Source: a virus (taxonomy: Duplodnaviria; Caudoviricetes). From it: a stretch of 56,844 bases of DNA. The notes under the pieces were generated by a model, which saw nothing but the letters and a program-made list of their open reading frames with translations, had not been told where the DNA came from and made no database searches. The position numbers were made by a program, and so were the translations under genes. Each line of letters begins with the position of its first letter. The stretch's first letter is position 1. This document shows positions 19,076 through 29,734 of the stretch, one piece after another. Location: IMG/VR virus record IMGVR_UViG_3300045825_000531, positions 1 through 56,844 of that record; one strand, written 5' to 3'.

Positions 19076-19495
19076 ATGAAAAAATCAATTGTATATAGAC
19101 ATCTTAGATCACGTTTTCTATCATGTAACTCAGTATCATTGCCGGTTATTGTTGCATCAATTTTATTTGGGATTGCATTCTTCTTAGAAAATCCAGTAAT
19201 GATTGTAATTAACCTATTATATTTTATTATTATTCTTGAAGTCACGAGAATGATTGATGAGTATATTAGATCTCCAGATCATAGGGTAAAAATAAGATAT
19301 CTAGTCGATGCCGCTATCATTGCGGCTTTGCGGGAGATAATTATTATAGTAGTTGACTCACATCACTTACATGATAATATCCAATCTCTAGAGATTTATG
19401 GGTGTATTACATTGTCATTGATGTTACTTCGATATATCTCAATGAAAATTTCACCGGATTTATTGGATGTAAAATTCAATAAACACTTGACATAA
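19076..19495 (+). CDS. PsiE-like membrane protein
   Basis: IIILEV.RM..EY, DAAIIAALREII; several TM segments. Confidence 0.7.
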   Translation: MKKSIVYRHLRSRFLSCNSVSLPVIVASILFGIAFFLENPVMIVINLLYFIIILEVTRMIDEYIRSPDHRVKIRYLVDAAIIAALREIIIIVVDSHHLHDNIQSLEIYGCITLSLMLLRYISMKISPDLLDVKFNKHLT

Positions 19496-19515
19496 AGAAA
19501 TTTTTCTGCTATAAT
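19487..19515 (+). promoter_or_regulatory. Canonical sigma70 promoter
   Basis: TTGACA-17-TATAAT with extended TG. Confidence 0.8.
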
Positions 19516-19548
19516 TATTACATAAAAAGAAAGATAGAAGGAAAAATT

Positions 19549-19827
19549 ATGAAACGTTCAACAAAAGAGTTAATTGGTGTTATATCAGCAGTAATTATTG
19601 CGTTTGCAGTTGCTGGGTGGGCAGATTCAGATAATACTATTCCTGCACCTGAATATACAGTTGTATGTGGGCAAGGTTCTGAGATCAATAGTATGTGTGA
19701 CATTATCAATGTTGACGGTGTTAAGGTTGATGGCGTAGATATGGAAATTGCATCAGAAAATGAATTTTTTAGTAAACCTGAAAATGTAAAATTGTGGGTT
19801 GAACAAGGGAAGTTGGATTTAAAATGA
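19549..19827 (+). CDS. Hypothetical exported/membrane protein
   Basis: N-terminal TM segment, RBS. Confidence 0.6.
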   Translation: MKRSTKELIGVISAVIIAFAVAGWADSDNTIPAPEYTVVCGQGSEINSMCDIINVDGVKVDGVDMEIASENEFFSKPENVKLWVEQGKLDLK

Positions 19828-20162
19828 AAATTGCTGTTGTAGGTAGTCGTGGTTTTAATGATTACGATTATATGATTAGTATCTTAAATAATATTGAAGA
19901 TATTACTCTAATAGTATCAGGAGGTGCTCCTGGTGCCGATAGACTTGCGGAATTGTATGCCGATCAAAACAGTATCAATACATTAATTTTGAAAGCTGAT
20001 TGGGACAAATATGGAAAATCAGCTGGGATGATCAGAAATAAAGATATTGTTGATAATGCAGAATATATCATTGCATTTTGGGACGGTGTATCAAAAGGAA
20101 CTAAAAACTCTATTGATCGTGCAAAAAAAGCTGGTAAGCAAGTAGTAGTATTTAAATACTAA
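19824..20162 (+). CDS. SLOG family protein (YspA/DUF2493-like)
   Basis: VVGSRGF, SGGAPGAD, AGMIRN, AFWDGVSKGT. Confidence 0.88.
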   Translation: MKIAVVGSRGFNDYDYMISILNNIEDITLIVSGGAPGADRLAELYADQNSINTLILKADWDKYGKSAGMIRNKDIVDNAEYIIAFWDGVSKGTKNSIDRAKKAGKQVVVFKY

Positions 20163-20200
20163 TTCAATAAATACTTTAATATTTCTAATAGGATTTAAAG

Positions 20201-20968
20201 ATGATATTTAGTGAATTTTTCGATATACAATCAATGCTAGAAAAAATTAGTGTTGATAATAACAAACTGGTATTTGACTACAAGGACATCTCGAAAGGTG
20301 ATAATAAGGAATCTGTAGGTACGAGTTTCGGTAAAGGAAAGCTTAAACCTTTCATGAAATCTAATAGTATACTTGACAAGAAAAAGGTGTATAGTGTATA
20401 TCAATCATCTGGTGCTACAGATATCTTAAAGGCTGTCAAAGGCAAGAATGGTATTGAGATGGATTCTGATGATTATAAAAAATTCATTGATCGGACAGCT
20501 ATATATCTGTCAAAAGTAATGCAGGATGAAAAAGTCGAGGTAATCCTATCACCTAAATCAAGTGCTAAAATGGTAGATGATGTTCTCGATGCAATAAAAT
20601 TGAGATTACCATATATTATAGATTTCAAGGCTGTATTTGAAAAAATATCTGTTGATGATATTAAAAATGTAAGTATGATTGATGACCCACGTGTTACTGA
20701 TAAAATTCGTTTATCATTTGAAGCTATCAAGAAAAAAGCTATCAAAGATGGATATTTTGCAATGGTTAAGGTAGATCCTAAATTTAGACATTTTGTCCGT
20801 GGATTCTTTCAAGATATTGATGAGAAGGTTGTTAAATCATGCGAGAATAAAAAAGTTGCCTTACTTGATGACATTATATCTTCAGGAACAACAATAGCAG
20901 AAATGATGAGAATGATGGGAATGATCGGCGCTTCAGACGTTATTGGTATAACGGTATTCAAATCTTAA
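20201..20968 (+). CDS. Type I phosphoribosyltransferase-fold protein
   Basis: PRPP loop VALLDDIISSGTT; late promoter-like AATAAATA upstream. Confidence 0.78.
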   Translation: MIFSEFFDIQSMLEKISVDNNKLVFDYKDISKGDNKESVGTSFGKGKLKPFMKSNSILDKKKVYSVYQSSGATDILKAVKGKNGIEMDSDDYKKFIDRTAIYLSKVMQDEKVEVILSPKSSAKMVDDVLDAIKLRLPYIIDFKAVFEKISVDDIKNVSMIDDPRVTDKIRLSFEAIKKKAIKDGYFAMVKVDPKFRHFVRGFFQDIDEKVVKSCENKKVALLDDIISSGTTIAEMMRMMGMIGASDVIGITVFKS

Positions 20969-21200
20969 ATATTTCTTTTCTCTCAGAAACGCTCATTCCA
21001 AAAACTTCATTAACATGATGAAACCATATGTAGGAAATATTCCTCATATGTGTTGCATTCCAATGAAAAACCCTTCCTTCATATGGTGTTGTTAATATAC
21101 GTACACCATCTTCAAACACTAACTTAACATATACATTGTCATCATCTTTGTATGGATAGAAGTCTAAAACATCCTTGTTTAAAAACTTTATTATTACCAC
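20958..21200 (-). CDS. Hypothetical protein
   Basis: AAGGA RBS on the minus strand; downstream of gp18. Confidence 0.55.
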   Translation of the reverse strand: MVIIKFLNKDVLDFYPYKDDDNVYVKLVFEDGVRILTTPYEGRVFHWNATHMRNISYIWFHHVNEVFGMSVSERKEIFKI

Positions 21201-21247
21201 TTTCTTTCCTTAAATCTCTTTAATGAACTAACCATTGTTAATTAAGT

Positions 21248-21273
21248 AAAAAGATTATGCCCGAAGGCATAAT
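21248..21273 (-). terminator. Intrinsic terminator with cUUCGg loop after gp18
   Basis: ATTATGCC-TTCG-GGCATAAT followed by CTTTT. Confidence 0.8.
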
Positions 21274-21289
21274 TATTTGAAGTCAACGC

Positions 21290-21618
21290 TTATGCGAAGA
21301 TCTCCTTGAAGTCAACCCCAGTTCCTACGGCGATGAAGTTAAGAACTAAGAACTCCGCAGTACGTGTTGGTTTGATTGCAATGTCAGCGATGAATTGATT
21401 AGAATCAACAACATATGCTGTATTGTTAGTTTCGTCACAACGTACATAGTAATCGTAGATACCACGATTTGCTTTGATGTTACGAAGATAAGGCTCAATC
21501 GTAGATTTGAAACGTGAACGAGTATATGCATCATTGTTGGTGAATACATAGTATTTAGCCATTTTACTGATAGCTCTTTCCATTTCATTGAAAAGTCCTC
21601 TAACGTTAATTCGGTCAA
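21290..21618 (-). CDS. gp18: Tail sheath protein gp18, exon 2
   Basis: DRINVRGLF...CDETNNT...LNFIA matches the T4 gp18 C-terminus. Confidence 0.93.
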
Positions 21619-22966
21619 CATTTATTTTCACAAAATTCGTTACATTTTGTCGTTATCTGCGAGGACAAATAACTGCTTAATATTTCTATTAAGGGAAGAC
21701 TATATCACCACTTTTTAATTCAAATTTGGTAGGGAATTAAAAAGGCTCACCACTTCGGATTCACTTGAATCCTACTCTACTAAGGCATTACCCGTTCGAT
21801 AGTCGTTGGACCTTCACCTGTACGGTGCTTGGATGCTGATTGTCCAATACTAATAATTTTTAACATTCACGCTTACCTTTTCAAGTTACGTTGTAGTTTA
21901 TTAGTCTCTAAGGATTTTCCAGCAGTTCAATGAGTTTTATGTGCGCCTGAACCGTTTAACATTTTTATTTATTAAAAAAAGATTCCAACAAATCCCTTAT
22001 TTCTATAGAGCTATTTTTATTTTTACTCAAATTTTCTTCCCACGGAATATATTTTAAATTGTTTATAGAACCTATTATGTACGTGGGTATGTTATTTTGG
22101 AACCCATCGTACACACTGACTAAATGGTCTAAATTATATGCACCCTCTATTCCACATCTCCCTCGTTTTTCCCTATCTATAAGTTTATTTTGATGTTTAT
22201 ATGTTTCTAACCACACATAATAAGAATACATCTTAAAATCTTCTCTAGTTTTAGGCTCTAACATATTTCCATTTTTAATTCTAGTTTCCTTCATCTTGTC
22301 TTGAACTTCTTTTAATTTTGCAGGATTAGAAACCCCATATTTTTCAATATTTGTTTCTCTAATGTTTTTAACCATTTTTGATTTTCTTTCTTTAGTCCAA
22401 GGTGTTAATTCATTCATTTGATATTTTGTCATGCATGATGAGGAACAGCAAGAAGAGTATTCGAATCTAGTGGATGAAAATTTAACTTTATTTGTACAAC
22501 ATTTACATTTTACATTTTTAGCTTCAGGAAAAATTAAATCATATATAGTTTTTTGTAAGTTATTTAATGGGAGGTCTAAAGCGATTATATATTTTTTAAC
22601 AGTTTGTGAAAAACTTCTAAGTTTGTACTGTTCAGAAGAAGTTAAAAACTCATTATATAATGATTTTATATTAGATATAATTTTATCTTCACTAATATCA
22701 CATTTTACAGAGCATTTATATCCTCTGTAAAATGAAAGAAATTTCATTTCTTTCCCACATTTAGGGCATTTATTGCTTACGTTAAAATATTCATTGTAAT
22801 CTTTTTCAGATAATATTACTTTATGATGCTTTAAAATACCCGTAGCTTGTTTCGATGTTATGTTTCCATCTATAAAATTCTTTATTACCTGCATTTTTTG
22901 TTCTGATAACATATTCACCTACCACAATGTTTATGTTATTTATTAATACAAAACCAATATTTTTTG
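21619..22966 (-). mobile_element. Group I intron in the tail sheath gene
   Basis: 5' exon ends in U and intron ends in G; P (AACTGCTGGAAA), Q (AATCAGCA), R (CAACGACTA), S (GATATAGTC); splicing restores SAFDRINVR. Confidence 0.93.
21965..22912 (-). CDS. Intron-encoded HNH homing endonuclease
   Basis: C-terminal LDHLVS...NLKYIPWEENLSK, Zn-binding Cys pairs, TNIEKYGV repeat; the ATG is sequestered in a hairpin. Confidence 0.85.
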   Translation of the reverse strand: MLSEQKMQVIKNFIDGNITSKQATGILKHHKVILSEKDYNEYFNVSNKCPKCGKEMKFLSFYRGYKCSVKCDISEDKIISNIKSLYNEFLTSSEQYKLRSFSQTVKKYIIALDLPLNNLQKTIYDLIFPEAKNVKCKCCTNKVKFSSTRFEYSSCCSSSCMTKYQMNELTPWTKERKSKMVKNIRETNIEKYGVSNPAKLKEVQDKMKETRIKNGNMLEPKTREDFKMYSYYVWLETYKHQNKLIDREKRGRCGIEGAYNLDHLVSVYDGFQNNIPTYIIGSINNLKYIPWEENLSKNKNSSIEIRDLLESFFNK

Positions 22967-24308
22967 ACGCACTTGGCTTACTTTGCAATGTTTTTTGTCC
23001 CCATACAACTGTACCTTGACCGTTAAAAGAAACGATTGGGTTAATCATATTTTTGTACAAGATATCACGTTGAGCTTGGTTTGGATTAATTGCCAATTTG
23101 ATACAGTTTTTAAGTGCACCGTAGTCAAGACCCGCTGAGGCATCCCATGTATTTCTTGATGTGTTCATAGCTGCACGAATACCTGCTACGTCACCTGCAA
23201 CACTCACCCACATATATTCATCCAATTCTGTTGAGTATTGGTATTTGTAGTTTCCGAAGAATGCATTGTATTTACCGATTGGGTCACCAATGTTGAAGTC
23301 AACAGTGATATATGTAACCATGTTTTCAATTGCTATTGCTGGTTTAACACCTACAACATCATCACGAAGTGCACCAAGGAAACCGATACAGTCTTTTCTT
23401 GAACCTGCAAGTGTTGCAGCTGCAGCATGAGATTTTTCATTTGCAATAACAAGATCAATTTCAATATCTTCAAGGTTTGAGAATACGTCATACCCTACAT
23501 TGAAACTTGCAGTATCAAGAACACCATCATTACCTGATGCAAGAACGAAATCTTTGATCACAGGAGCAACATCTGTTGCAGGATAAGTCAATGAGTCGTT
23601 ATCTTTTACATAAATGTAAGAACTTGTACGATTGATTACTTTTTCAATATAGATTGATTTTCCGTTTTTAGAATCAACCGCTGTTTGGTTAACTGAAACT
23701 ACGAATCTTTCTACAATACTTTTACCGTCGAGTACAACTACAACAATTTCACCGTTTGTTTGGTCGATATTTTGAGTATAAAGATCACCCAATACGATAC
23801 CTGAGTTTGGATATAATTCTTGACCTTTTTTAGTCAATGCCGCTTCATTTGCTACAACAACACGAATATTGTTACCCCAATTACCAGGAGTTCTTGCAAA
23901 GAATTTAAATTTAGATGTTGCTACGTCTACAAATGGGTATGAGATATTTGACAACTCATAATCTGCTTCGTTCATAACAAGATTTGGAACTGCTGTAAGA
24001 ATAGTAACACCGTCAGAAGACAATTCTCCTACTGCATTTTTCATATGTACTTCATCGCTTGCACGTGATACATAACATTTGTCGCCGTACTGTAAAAAGT
24101 TATAAACTTGATACCAGTCATTGTAATTTTTTGATGTTGGTTTACCGTAGTAAAGTTTAAGGTCATCTGTGTTAGTGATCAATAGATATTCATTAATAGG
24201 TCCTTTTACGAACTCACCAACAAATGCAGCAATTGCAGTACTAACTGTAGGAACAATGATGCTTAAATCAATTTCGTTTACCTGTACACCAGCCGATAGT
24301 TGTGCCAT
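22967..24308 (-). CDS. gp18: Tail sheath protein gp18, exon 1
   Basis: LSAGVQVNEIDLS, FLQYG, PGNWGN, RDILY...INPI, WGQKT. Confidence 0.95.
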
Positions 24309-24388
24309 TAAAAACTCCTTTCTTCTTTGAGTGAAATAATTGTTTTTGTAGTTTATCGACATTTACGGTCGTCTTGTTATTTATATAT

Positions 24389-24964
24389 TTATTCAACTAT
24401 AGATGATACAATTGCGCCAGTTGTCTTACCGTTTACTTCTACGGCATCCGCCTTAACCGTTGCAATACCATTAACGCTTATAAGATACTTATCATCTTGA
24501 ATTTCCATGTAATCATATTTCAATCCAATATCTAACGTAAGATGTTCATTCATGTTAGAACTTGCGAATGGAAGATCACCTATGCTTGTAATCTGGGCAT
24601 TACGAAACCACACCTTTAAAATATCGTTTCCTTGCGAATCCGTTATAATTACGTATGCATCATGATAGTTCTTATTAAACATCGGTTGAGTTACTTTAAC
24701 CATCTTAAATGCATTTACCATTACTTCTTTCCAGATAGAAAATCCTTCATCAATAATTAATGTAATTTGTAGATCGTTGAACGTGATATTGTCTGCTTGC
24801 CCCGTTATTAATGCACCCGATCTTGATGCAATCTGTGGATGGGAAAAGTCAACACCAGGTAAGTTTACAGATTGCACGTTATATAGTGTTTCTTCTGAAA
24901 ATAATGTAGTGCCGAAATATATCGACGTATCTAAAGCATAGTTTTTACTTGCATTATTAGCCAT
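24389..24964 (-). CDS. gp3: Tail completion/sheath stabiliser gp3-like
   Basis: NVQSVNLPG...F.DL.IT.IIDE...WKE pattern. Confidence 0.75.
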   Translation of the reverse strand: MANNASKNYALDTSIYFGTTLFSEETLYNVQSVNLPGVDFSHPQIASRSGALITGQADNITFNDLQITLIIDEGFSIWKEVMVNAFKMVKVTQPMFNKNYHDAYVIITDSQGNDILKVWFRNAQITSIGDLPFASSNMNEHLTLDIGLKYDYMEIQDDKYLISVNGIATVKADAVEVNGKTTGAIVSSIVE

Positions 24965-25067
24965 GAGATACCTTTTTGATTTATTTATCGTAATTGATAA
25001 TGATTATCATTATTAAGGTGTATTTAATCTTAAGTATGTTATAATGTAAATGTTAAAGAGAGGATCA

Positions 25068-25964
25068 ATGAACGTAAATTATGCAAATAAAGATGAGATC
25101 ACACATGAGATCATCCAGATACAATTAAGAGAAAAGATACGAACGGTTGACAAAAAACTAAACGAATTACAATTAGAATATGAAAGATCATCAAGTCCTA
25201 TAATATTGGATGAGATAAAAGAATGCGAAAATTCGAGAGACCAACTATTAGAAAAAGGTGCTGATGCAAATTACAGCCGACAAAAATTTGGTGAAATTGT
25301 TATTCTAATCAATGACAATTTACTAAAGAAACCGTGTTTCAGGAACTATTCGGAAAACTGGACAGAGGATTTCAAAAGTAATGCAATTTATAAGATTTTC
25401 AAATATATAAACAATTTCGACCCAGAGAAGATCAGTAAAATTACGGGCAAAAAAATAAGTTCGTTTGCTTACTTAACTCAGATTACATACATGGCGTTTA
25501 TCGAAGTAATCAATAAACGAAAAAATGATACACATGATCTAATGGAAAATATGATTCCATTGCAAGACCTGAAACCTGAACATTATGTTTATAGCAAGTT
25601 CGCAAATGAATCAACATATTATCCGGATGAACATCGAGAAGATGATACAGAATATTTTATATTTCCATCAGTTAATACATTTGTTGTAGACAACTTGATA
25701 TGCGATACATTATATGATGTTCTAAAAACTATCAGAATAAAATTTGATAAGGTTCATGTGACATACCCATCGACTTATCATATATCTATGACTGAATTTA
25801 AGGATATTGATAAACTTGGATTTGATCGTATGAGCCTTGTTAAACAACGGGATAAGATTGAGGAAGAAATCATCGAGGAAGATATTGATGATGAAGCATG
25901 TTTCGCATTTACGGATGAAGAGTTTGAAGATTGGGGTGAATGGACCTCAGAAAGTGAAGATTAA
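25068..25964 (+). CDS. gp55: Late transcription sigma factor
   Basis: FRNYSENW..DF, NFDPEK, FAYLTQI...AF; directly upstream of gp47 and gp46. Confidence 0.88.
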   Translation: MNVNYANKDEITHEIIQIQLREKIRTVDKKLNELQLEYERSSSPIILDEIKECENSRDQLLEKGADANYSRQKFGEIVILINDNLLKKPCFRNYSENWTEDFKSNAIYKIFKYINNFDPEKISKITGKKISSFAYLTQITYMAFIEVINKRKNDTHDLMENMIPLQDLKPEHYVYSKFANESTYYPDEHREDDTEYFIFPSVNTFVVDNLICDTLYDVLKTIRIKFDKVHVTYPSTYHISMTEFKDIDKLGFDRMSLVKQRDKIEEEIIEEDIDDEACFAFTDEEFEDWGEWTSESED

Positions 25965-27079
25965 TGATACTATCCGGTAAACAGATTATTCTTGGTGATT
26001 GTCACTTTGGTAAAGGAAAGTTTTCCCAAAATATGTTTGACACACAGATGGATTTCTTTGAAAAACAACTGTTTCCGTATATGCAAGAGAATGGAATCGA
26101 TACTATTATTCAGTTGGGTGATTTTATCGATAACAGGAAAAATGCAGACATATATTTTCTAAACCAACTTGTAGATAAGTTTTTTGAACCTATGCAAGGT
26201 TATGGGTTCAAGATGATTGAAATACTTGGTAATCATGATATTTACTTCAAAAATACACGTGATGTAAATCTCATGAGGATTATAGAAAAAATGTATCCTG
26301 ATAATCTAACTGTATTATCAGAACGTGAATACGTTTACATAAATGAGAAAAAAGGTTATTTTGTTCCATGGATTCTTGAAAATGAATCTCTTACGGCAAA
26401 GGAACTAAAAGGCGTTGAGTACCTATTTGGGCATTTTGAGATTAGAAATTTTCAGATGGCAAAAGGACATATCGACGAGAAATCTACACTAACATCAGAC
26501 TTTTTTACAAAGTTAAAAATCAAAAGAGTTTTCAGCGGACATTATCACCTGGTAGATAACAAAGCAAACATATCATACATTGGTACACCATATCAATTGG
26601 ATTGGGGCGATTTTGATGACTTCAAATATTTTTATGTTCTTGATACTGAATCAGAAACTCTTGATAGAGTATTCAACCATATATCTAAAAGACATGTGAA
26701 AATCAAATATAATTCTGATCATGAGTACGGTGTTATTGAATTAAGCGGATTATCACCTGATAGACATTTCTATGCAGATGTCACAGAGATTGATACTGAT
26801 GAATTGAAACGTCATAATTTAAAGGCGTATATCAATAAAAAAGATGATACAAAATATCACGAGGAAGTGATGTTTTTATTGCGTGAGAAAGGTTGTGAAT
26901 TTACCGTAACAGATAATCAAGAAATATCAATATTAATTGGTACTGATTATGTTAACGAAGATCATATTGAAGATCACTCAAGCACTAAGGAAATTATCCT
27001 TAAAACCATAGGTGCCGAAGCACCTGAGTTGATCGATCTGATCAACGAATTGTTTAGTGAGATTGCAATAGATGACTAA
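25964..27079 (+). CDS. gp47: Recombination endonuclease subunit (Mre11/SbcD-like)
   Basis: GDCHFG, LGDFID, GNHD, GHFE, SGHYH, GTPY. Confidence 0.93.
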   Translation: MILSGKQIILGDCHFGKGKFSQNMFDTQMDFFEKQLFPYMQENGIDTIIQLGDFIDNRKNADIYFLNQLVDKFFEPMQGYGFKMIEILGNHDIYFKNTRDVNLMRIIEKMYPDNLTVLSEREYVYINEKKGYFVPWILENESLTAKELKGVEYLFGHFEIRNFQMAKGHIDEKSTLTSDFFTKLKIKRVFSGHYHLVDNKANISYIGTPYQLDWGDFDDFKYFYVLDTESETLDRVFNHISKRHVKIKYNSDHEYGVIELSGLSPDRHFYADVTEIDTDELKRHNLKAYINKKDDTKYHEEVMFLLREKGCEFTVTDNQEISILIGTDYVNEDHIEDHSSTKEIILKTIGAEAPELIDLINELFSEIAIDD

Positions 27080-27087
27080 GGAGAGAT

Positions 27088-28827
27088 ATGCACATCCAAT
27101 TTAAAACATTGAAGTTTAAGAACATACTATCATACGGTAATGCCATATCAGTATATAATTTTGAATCGGGAATTGATATTATCAGTGCAACAAATGGCGC
27201 TGGTAAATCAACTATTATTGATGCGTTAACATATGCATTATTTGGTAAACCATACAGAAAGATAAATCTTAAAGGTTTGATCAACAACAAGAATAATAAA
27301 GAATTATATACTGAGTTATTGTTTGATATTGATGATATTGAATACATGATTAAACGTGGTATGAAACCTAATATTTTTGAGATTTACTCAAAGGTTGATG
27401 ATGAATATAAGTTGATCAATCAGGACAGTACAAGTCGTGATTATCAGAACATTCTTGAAAACGATATCTTGATGTTAAACGAAACTGTATTTAGACAGCT
27501 GATTGTATTAGGTGCAAATGTAAGTAATTCAAAAAACTTTATGGATCTTAATGCAACAGAAAAGGAAGAGGTATTCCAGGTTGTAACAGATACCTCATTG
27601 TTTAATCATCTTAGTATATTGATTAAAAACAAGAGAAATGAAATTAAAACTATTCTCACGGAACACAATTATAAATTCGATATATTATCAAGTACGATTG
27701 ATAGCGAGCGTCAAAATCTTGTAAAATTACAACGACAAAATGCATATCTCCAGCAGAACAAGGATCAGCGCATTCTTGAGATTCAAAAAGTCATTGATGA
27801 TGGTGAATCAAAATTAATTGAGTATGATCGTGCAATTCAAAAACTAAAAGATTTAAAGTCACAATATGATGAAAAATTGTTAGATCTTGAAAATCAGAAA
27901 GCTATCCTTAAAGATAAAAACAATCAAATAAATGCACTGAATGGTAAGATTGTTGCGTTTGATCATCTAAAAGAGTCAAGTATTTCGTGTGATAATTGTT
28001 CTCACGAGATTATATCAGGTGATTATGATGCAGACCTTCATGATAGTATGAAGAAACATGTAATAACATTAACTGATGAAATTAATTCTCTAAAAGAAAT
28101 TTATCGCAACTCATCTGAGATCGGTGATGGTATGAAAGAGAAATTACTTAACTCAAATCGTATTATTAAAAATAGATCAGAGTTAGTTAACACTATTGCA
28201 CAAAAACGAGATGAATTAAAAGAAATTGATAATTGGGTATTAGTTGATATTGATAAATCTGTTCTTGAACATAAAGAAGATGAGTTATTGACAGTTAAGA
28301 CGATTTTATCAGATGCAGATTCTAAACATAATGCATTGAATCAGTTAATGAAAATCATCGGCGGAGATAATCTTAAAGGTTATATTCTATCAAAACAGAT
28401 TCCATTACTCAACAAATATATAAACTCATATATTGAAAAATTTAGTGATTTTAACTTCAACTTTGTTATCGATAATAATTTCAAAGAACAGTTTATATCA
28501 CGAAATGAAACACAGGAATTCCATTCATTTTCGAATGGGCAGAAACAAAGATTTACATTCGCTATATTGTTTGCATTTTTAAAGTTGATTGAAGAAAGAA
28601 GTGGCGTATCGACGAATCTTCTTGCAATGGATGAAATTTTAGATTCGAGTGCGGATAGTGTAGGTCGTTCTGAATTACTTGATATATTATATTCAAATTT
28701 CTCAGATAAGAAAAATATCATCATAATTTCGCACCAACCGGAGATTAAAGAGCGCATGGAAATCATTAATAGAACATTTGAAGTTACGAACGCAGGTTTT
28801 TCAAAACTTGTTGAAGTTAAATCGTAA
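27088..28827 (+). CDS. gp46: Recombination ATPase subunit (Rad50/SbcC-like)
   Basis: NGAGKST, CDNC hook, FSNGQKQR, MDEILD. Confidence 0.93.
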   Translation: MHIQFKTLKFKNILSYGNAISVYNFESGIDIISATNGAGKSTIIDALTYALFGKPYRKINLKGLINNKNNKELYTELLFDIDDIEYMIKRGMKPNIFEIYSKVDDEYKLINQDSTSRDYQNILENDILMLNETVFRQLIVLGANVSNSKNFMDLNATEKEEVFQVVTDTSLFNHLSILIKNKRNEIKTILTEHNYKFDILSSTIDSERQNLVKLQRQNAYLQQNKDQRILEIQKVIDDGESKLIEYDRAIQKLKDLKSQYDEKLLDLENQKAILKDKNNQINALNGKIVAFDHLKESSISCDNCSHEIISGDYDADLHDSMKKHVITLTDEINSLKEIYRNSSEIGDGMKEKLLNSNRIIKNRSELVNTIAQKRDELKEIDNWVLVDIDKSVLEHKEDELLTVKTILSDADSKHNALNQLMKIIGGDNLKGYILSKQIPLLNKYINSYIEKFSDFNFNFVIDNNFKEQFISRNETQEFHSFSNGQKQRFTFAILFAFLKLIEERSGVSTNLLAMDEILDSSADSVGRSELLDILYSNFSDKKNIIIISHQPEIKERMEIINRTFEVTNAGFSKLVEVKS

Positions 28828-28891
28828 TTGATTATGATAATTAATATCATATTAAGCTAAAGTATGATATAATACATGATAAAGGAATATA

Positions 28892-29155
28892 ATGAAGAAA
28901 CCGAAGATATCGGGTAATGATAGCAATAGGATATTGAATGAGATTTGGGCATGGAAAGAAGAAATCAATGACCCAAACTTATCAATACTCGACATCATAA
29001 CTGAATATATCGAAAAAAACAATCTGTGTCCCGATACAGTAGGGGAAATGCTTGCACATAATAAAAACTTTGTAAAAATTTTAGAAAACGACCTTGTAAA
29101 AAGTAGAATCTTTAAAACTGAAAAAGAAGTAACAACATTCAACGAATGGGAATAA
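28892..29155 (+). CDS. gp33: Late transcription co-activator gp33-like
   Basis: SILDIITEYIEKNNL.PD pattern, size, synteny with gp59; promoter at 28852-28873. Confidence 0.65.
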   Translation: MKKPKISGNDSNRILNEIWAWKEEINDPNLSILDIITEYIEKNNLCPDTVGEMLAHNKNFVKILENDLVKSRIFKTEKEVTTFNEWE

Positions 29156-29164
29156 AGGAAAGAG

Positions 29165-29734
29165 ATGTTAACGTTTAATCAGCAATATGATATAGCGAAT
29201 GGCATCTTTCTAACATTTGATAAAAATCTACCAGTTAGAAAGATGACATCTAATCATTCACAACAAGTACGGGATAAGGCACGAGTTTCCTTCCCGTACA
29301 CAAAATTTGAATCATGGACAAAGGAACGTTTTGCAATCTCAGTAATCTACATCATGTACAAAAAGAATCCACCTTCGTTCAAAAACCTAGGACAAATGTT
29401 GTACGAACTAGACGAGAAGGAGGTAAAATCATTTAAAAGCGATATTGTAAATTATAATTTATATGTTGCTAAGGATGTAGATTACCTTGTACAAATCTAC
29501 AACAGTCTACCTACAATTGAAAATATCTTTTTCGAGTATATTAATGGAAAGATTAAGTTTTATACGTTGTGGTTTTATTTGAAAAAAATCGATGCAGACA
29601 TGAACGAATTGATGGAGTCCCGAATTAAAGGTGTTATCCTGCGAAGGATAAAAAATCTATTATTGTTTGTAACATTTAATGCAGATAAACTTAGCAAAAT
29701 TAATATACTATTGAAAGAGAGATTAAACATTTGA
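29165..29734 (+). CDS. gp59: Helicase loader gp59-like
   Basis: Size, EYINGKIKFYT motif, position after gp33. Confidence 0.55.
   Translation: MLTFNQQYDIANGIFLTFDKNLPVRKMTSNHSQQVRDKARVSFPYTKFESWTKERFAISVIYIMYKKNPPSFKNLGQMLYELDEKEVKSFKSDIVNYNLYVAKDVDYLVQIYNSLPTIENIFFEYINGKIKFYTLWFYLKKIDADMNELMESRIKGVILRRIKNLLLFVTFNADKLSKINILLKERLNI

Noticed and set aside
22821-22966. C-terminal tail of the 513-aa tail sheath ORF
   Set aside because: Read-through into the intron; similarity to gp18 stops at KPSA
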